In this document: one piece after another, positions 28,212 through 32,000 of the stretch
Layout: each line of letters starts with the position of its first letter
Position numbering within the stretch: the stretch's first letter is position 1
From: Candidatus Saccharimonadota bacterium
GTDB taxonomy: Bacteria > Patescibacteriota > Saccharimonadia > Saccharimonadales > UBA4665
Length of the DNA: 32,000 nt
Direction of reading: 5' to 3'
Assembly: GCA_016699935.1 (NCBI GenBank)
Contig: CP064992.1
Coordinates: 210,001 to 242,000 of the forward strand
Notes under the pieces: model-generated
Seen by the model: only the letters and a program-made list of their open reading frames with translations
What the model was told of the DNA's origin: nothing
Databases searched by the model: none
Made by a program: the position numbers and the translations under genes

Positions 28212-29525
28212 ATGGCTATGGCAACAGTGCTTATAATAGGTAGTGGCGGGCGTGAACATGCTCTAGCATGGGGTATGGCGCAGTCTTCAGCAGTCGAAAA
28301 AGTATATGTTTCACCTGGAAATGCCGGCACAGCACATGAACAAAAGTGCGAAAATGTTGCCGTTAATGGCGCCTACGAAACAGTAGCCTTTTGCCAAAAC
28401 AACCACATCGACCTTGTAGTAATTGGCCCTGAGGCACCTCTTGTCGAAGGGTTAAGTGATGCGCTGCGCGAGGCTTCGATTGTGGTATTCGGCGCCAGTA
28501 AACTTGCCGCACAGCTTGAAGGCAGCAAGGCATTCGCCACCCAGTTTATGCAAAAGCACGACATCACCATTCCTGAATCGGTTATCGTCACCTCTGCAGA
28601 AGGTGCTGATGCAGCCATGAAAATCTTTGGCGGACCAGAAAATAGCGTTCTAAAGGCAAATGGTTTAGCTGGCGGTAAAGGAGTTTTTCTACCAGATACT
28701 GCCGCTGAGGCAGCTGACGCAATTCAGAAAATTACCAGCGGTGCTATGGACGGTGACGGCAGCCGGTTTGTTGTACAAGCACGCAACCATGGCCCAGAAG
28801 TTTCTGTGTTTGTTTTGAGCGACGGAACGAATTACAAAGTTATCCCACTTGCTTCCCAAGACCACAAGCGCTTACTCGCTGGGGACAAGGGCCCAAATAC
28901 TGGCGGTATGGGTGTGTATGCCCCCCTACCAGACTGGATGCTCAGTGCAGCACAATGGGAAAAGATCGAAGTAATCGCCGAAAAAACCATCACCGCTATG
29001 GCAGCCGAAAACACCCCCTACCAAGGAGTGCTGTACATGGGGCTCATGCTCGCCGAAGAACTCGCTGGCGACCCGCTTGTGATAGAGTACAACGTCCGAT
29101 TTGGGGATCCGGAGACAGAAGTCATCATCCCGCTCCTCCATGGCAATGGTGTCGATATATACGACATGCTGTACGCAACCGCAGCAGGCACGTTAGCCGA
29201 CTTCGCAATGCCAAAAGAAATACATGGCGCTGCCCTGACCATATGTCTCGCCGCCGAAGGCTACCCTGACTCACCTATCCCCGGCAAAGTGGTTGAGGGG
29301 TTGGCTAATGAGTACCGTGATGTCACTGTATTTCATGGTAGTACCAAACTTGATGAATCTGGTCAGGTCGTGACTAGCGGTGGCCGCGTCTTGTATGTCA
29401 CTGGTCTAGGAGTCAACCTAGCAGCCGCCTCACAAGCAGCCAATGCTGCCATAGGCGAATCTGCCATACATTTCCCAGCCATGCAGTACCGCCCCGACAT
29501 CGCCTGGCGTGCCCGCAACCGCTAG
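28212..29525 (+). CDS. purD: Phosphoribosylamine--glycine ligase
   Basis: VLIIGSGGREHALAW, GPEAPLVEGL, LKANGLAGGKGV, GPNTGGMGVY, YNVRFGDPE and TSGGRVL. The ORF is intact at 437 aa. ATG 28218 has the better RBS spacing. Confidence 0.9.
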   Translation: MAMATVLIIGSGGREHALAWGMAQSSAVEKVYVSPGNAGTAHEQKCENVAVNGAYETVAFCQNNHIDLVVIGPEAPLVEGLSDALREASIVVFGASKLAAQLEGSKAFATQFMQKHDITIPESVIVTSAEGADAAMKIFGGPENSVLKANGLAGGKGVFLPDTAAEAADAIQKITSGAMDGDGSRFVVQARNHGPEVSVFVLSDGTNYKVIPLASQDHKRLLAGDKGPNTGGMGVYAPLPDWMLSAAQWEKIEVIAEKTITAMAAENTPYQGVLYMGLMLAEELAGDPLVIEYNVRFGDPETEVIIPLLHGNGVDIYDMLYATAAGTLADFAMPKEIHGAALTICLAAEGYPDSPIPGKVVEGLANEYRDVTVFHGSTKLDESGQVVTSGGRVLYVTGLGVNLAAASQAANAAIGESAIHFPAMQYRPDIAWRARNR

Positions 29526-29845
29526 AGTTTCGGGACAACCACACCCTGTTTTGTGGCTATAATGACGACGAGACTGAAAAAGAGGGCAAGACAGATTAGG
29601 AATCGTTTGCGAAGCGACGTATGTGGGTAGAGGAACAAGTAAATAACACCAGTGAAAAACTGTACGAACGATACGAGTGCGACTATATCGCCTATGCGCT
29701 CGAGCGACCCACTACTAGCCTGCTCGTCCTTCGGTATGCGCGAAGCTACAAAGGCAAGCATCCATACGCCCGCTAACTGTAACCACGCGACGACAAGCGG
29801 GAATTTTTGTGTAGATTTGTACCATGGTTTTTTTTGTTTGGCCAT
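29522..29845 (-). CDS. Hypothetical small membrane protein (3 TM)
   Basis: The ORF is intact at 107 aa with three hydrophobic segments. It lies downstream of glyA on the same strand, and its stop overlaps the purD stop (CTAG). Confidence 0.4.
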   Translation of the reverse strand: MAKQKKPWYKSTQKFPLVVAWLQLAGVWMLAFVASRIPKDEQASSGSLERIGDIVALVSFVQFFTGVIYLFLYPHTSLRKRFLICLALFFSLVVIIATKQGVVVPKL

Positions 29846-29921
29846 AGCCTGATTGTATCACCATACCCAGCACTTACCTCAGAAACCATCCGGCCAATAG
29901 GCCAGTGGGCTTTGCAGTGCG

Positions 29922-31313
29922 CTAGCACTTGCAGGGGATGCAAGGGCAGGTTCCACCGCATTTGCATGTTTTACTGGGGTGAGATTCGTCGCATTTGCAA
30001 TCTTTGCAATCGCCTTTGCAATCTCGACAGCTTTTGCTATCACTTGGTAACGGGAACTGGCGAGAAAGGCGATAACTTCATCGTGTATAGCAGCAAGCTT
30101 TTTCTCGTCTTCACGAGCGTCGATGGCTTGTTTCATCCACTCGGCTATTTTCACCATATCTTTTCCTTCAGACCACGAGTGGTGATAGCAGGCGTGCTGA
30201 GTCGGATGCCACTCGGACGGAACGGTGGCAACGTATCATTGGGTACTGAATTTTTATTCAGGTTCAGACCAACTTTGTCGAGCGCTTTTCGGCAACGCCA
30301 CCGTCTATGCCGAAGCTCTGGTTGACATCAGCCAATATAAGGTGATTGCTCGTGCCGCCAGCTACCAATATAAAGCCGCGTTTTTTTAGTTCTTCGGCCA
30401 GTACGGACGCATTCTTCACGACTTGCTTGGCGTATGTTTTGAATTCCGGGCGAAGTGCCTCGCCAAAAGCGACAGCCTTGGCGGCAATCGTGTGCATGTG
30501 TGGCCCACCCTGGGTGCCAGGGAAAATGGCTCGGTCGATAAGTGTCGGGATGTTCTGAATGGTTTTCTCTGGCGCCTTGAGAGGTGTCGAAACCGTGCCC
30601 TTGCTGAGGATCAAGCCACCGCGCGGACCGCGCAATGTTTTGTGCGTGGTGGTCGTAATGACATGAAAGCCGTAGTCAAATGGGTTTTTGGCCTCACCTG
30701 CCACGATTAGCCCAGCGATGTGCGCCATATCTGCCATTAGTAGGCAATCTGGACCAACTTCTTTTGCGATGGCGGCAAATTTGGCATAATCCAGCTCGCG
30801 TGGATAAGCGCTGAAGCCAGCCAGAATAATTTTTGGCTTGTGTTTGAGGGCTAAGGCGCGTAGCTCTTCGTAATCTATTTCACCAGTAGTAATGTCTTTC
30901 ACTTTGTAGCCGACAAAGTTGTAGATGTGGGCCGAGCGCGTCATCGGGTTGCCGTGACTAAGGTGTCCGCCGTGGCCAAGATCCATCCCAAGCACGGTGT
31001 CGCCAGGCTCAAGCCACGCGTAGTAGACAGCTTCGTTTGCAGGGACACCAGAGTGGGGCTGGACATTGGCATGGTCGGCTTTGAACAATTTTTTAGCGCG
31101 GTCAATGGCGAGCTGTTCTAGCGGGTCGGTGAAGTCTTGGCCGCCATAGTAGCGCTTGCCCGGGTAGCCTTCGCTGTATTTATTTGTAAAAATACTCCCA
31201 TTGGCTTCTAGCACGTCAGCAGAAACATAGTTTTCACTGGGGATGAGTTCCAGCCCTTCGTGCTCACGCTTATCTTCGGAGGCAATTAGATCAGCTACTT
31301 GTGTATCTACCAT
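29922..31313 (-). pseudogene. glyA: Serine hydroxymethyltransferase with a ~38-aa Cys-rich (metallothionein-like) C-terminal extension; 3 single-base frameshifts as sequenced
   Basis: [22 protein letters not shown] and [14 protein letters not shown] appear in ORF 30264..31313. The sequence continues [42 protein letters not shown] | [21 protein letters not shown] | SRQFPLPSDSKSCRDCKGDCKDCKCDESHPSKTCKCGGTCPCIPCKC, with a stop at 29922-29924. The breaks fall at gaaaag, gaaaag and ttt. Confidence 0.8.
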
Positions 31314-31404
31314 GGGGTCTCTCCTCGTTTAGTCGTTATCTTATAGTGTACGCTAGGATACCTAGTGCGGGATATAGTAATTTTGTCTGCAGGCCGTCAA
31401 TGAT

Positions 31405-31428
31405 CAATTTACAATTCACAATTTTCAG
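31405..31428. repeat. Short inverted arm of the heptamer array
   Basis: caatttacaattcacaattttcag is the reverse complement of ctgaaaa-ttgtgaa-ttgtaaa-ttg. Confidence 0.6.
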
Positions 31429-31489
31429 AATAAGGGCAAGTGACAATTTTCAAACAGACTGTGACGATAGAAATTCTGAATCTTGTTTC

Positions 31490-31556
31490 TTGAAAATTTT
31501 TTGAAAATTGAAAATTGTGAATTGTGAATTGTGAATTGTGGATTGTGGATTGTGGA
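31490..31556. repeat. Tandem heptamer array with stepwise unit change
   Basis: ttgaaaa (tttt) ttgaaaa ttgaaaa ttgtgaa ttgtgaa ttgtgaa ttgtgga ttgtgga ttgtgga, with eight contiguous units at 31501-31556. Confidence 0.85.
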
Positions 31557-31579
31557 TTACCTCCACCATATACCATGCA

Positions 31580-31588
31580 TGGTATACT
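31580..31588 (+). promoter_or_regulatory. Extended -10 element (TGgTATACT) 8 nt upstream of the murA ATG; implies a leaderless or near-leaderless mRNA
   Basis: catGGTATACTataccctt ATG. No Shine-Dalgarno lies between the -10 and the start codon. Confidence 0.4.
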
Positions 31589-31596
31589 ATACCCTT

Positions 31597-32000
31597 ATGA
31601 CTACTCAAACAAATGAACGAATCGGTGATTTTGTGGCGCGAGTGCGCCAAGAACGTGGTATGACCCAGGCAGAACTAGCCAAGCGTCTTGGTACCAGCCA
31701 ATCAGCCATTAACCGCATAGAAAAAGGTGGCCAAAACTTGAGCCTCGAGACGCTTGGTCGGCTGAGCGAGGCGCTCAATAAGCAAATAATCTCACTTGGC
31801 AGCGGCTCGGTGAATTTGCGAATCGAAGGCGGCCATGAGCTACACGGTAATATCCAGCTCAAGACAAGTAAGAATGCCGCCGTGGGGCTACTGTGTGCCG
31901 CACTGCTCAATCACGGCACGACGAAATTTTTGAATTTCCCGCGCATCGAAGAAGTATTTCGTATAATCGAGGTTCTGGAAAGCATTGGCATCCAGGCAAA
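31597..32000 (+). CDS. murA: XRE-family HTH domain fused to UDP-N-acetylglucosamine 1-carboxyvinyltransferase (N-terminal part; continues past the right edge)
   Basis: Hand translation gives MTTQTNERIGDFVARVRQERGMTQAELAKRLGTSQSAINRIEKGGQNLSLETLGRLSEAL (HTH_XRE). It continues LRIEGGHELHGNIQLKTSKNAAVGLLCAALLNHGTTKFLNFPRIEEVFRIIEVLESIGI (MurA N-terminus). It is open-ended, so it is absent from the ORF track. Confidence 0.75.
   Translation, partial: MTTQTNERIGDFVARVRQERGMTQAELAKRLGTSQSAINRIEKGGQNLSLETLGRLSEALNKQIISLGSGSVNLRIEGGHELHGNIQLKTSKNAAVGLLCAALLNHGTTKFLNFPRIEEVFRIIEVLESIGIQA

Noticed and set aside
31490-31556. The heptamer arrays (also 21032-21108) as CRISPR arrays.
   Set aside because: The units are 7 nt and contiguous with no spacers, and no cas genes are present. 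They are simple tandem repeats.
1-32000. An alternative genetic code (UGA or UAG reassignment) as the explanation for the interrupted genes.
   Set aside because: Nearly all interruptions are frame changes rather than in-frame stops. Several long genes (purD, purN, aroK, most of glyA) read cleanly with the standard code and end at TGA/TAA/TAG.

Overview
The window looks like a chromosomal segment of a small-genome, moderate-GC bacterium. The gene content suggests a Patescibacteria/Saccharibacteria-like organism, but this is inference only. That content includes DUF5652 and DUF5679 miniproteins, a cohesin/FN3 surface protein, a membrane-anchored protein with a pseudopilin-like C-terminal domain, and an HTH-MurA fusion. 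Most genes are housekeeping: aroK, rsgA, aroE, pheA, tRNA-Gly/Phe/Val, a GH13 alpha-glucosidase plus a GH37-type trehalase, murB, purF-purN-purD, glyA and the start of murA. No CRISPR array, transposase, integrase or reverse transcriptase was seen. A large fraction of genes are interrupted by single-base frameshifts at homopolymers. I rejoined the split ORFs by hand translation and label them 'pseudogene (as sequenced)', although sequencing error is the more likely cause. The points most worth a second look are listed here. (1) A Phe-rich leader peptide with terminator/anti-terminator geometry sits in front of pheA. (2) glyA carries an in-frame metallothionein-like Cys-rich C-terminal tail. 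(3) An orphan RloC/PrrC-like zinc-hook ABC ATPase has an extra C-terminal domain. (4) A ~95-bp dispersed repeat family (5 copies) and a 121-bp MITE (2 copies) box small accessory ORFs. (5) tRNA genes are accompanied by half-copies with structured D-loop insertions. (6) Tandem heptamer arrays show stepwise unit variation. (7) MurA is fused to an XRE HTH domain. All calls come from hand translation and motif recall; no database search was run.
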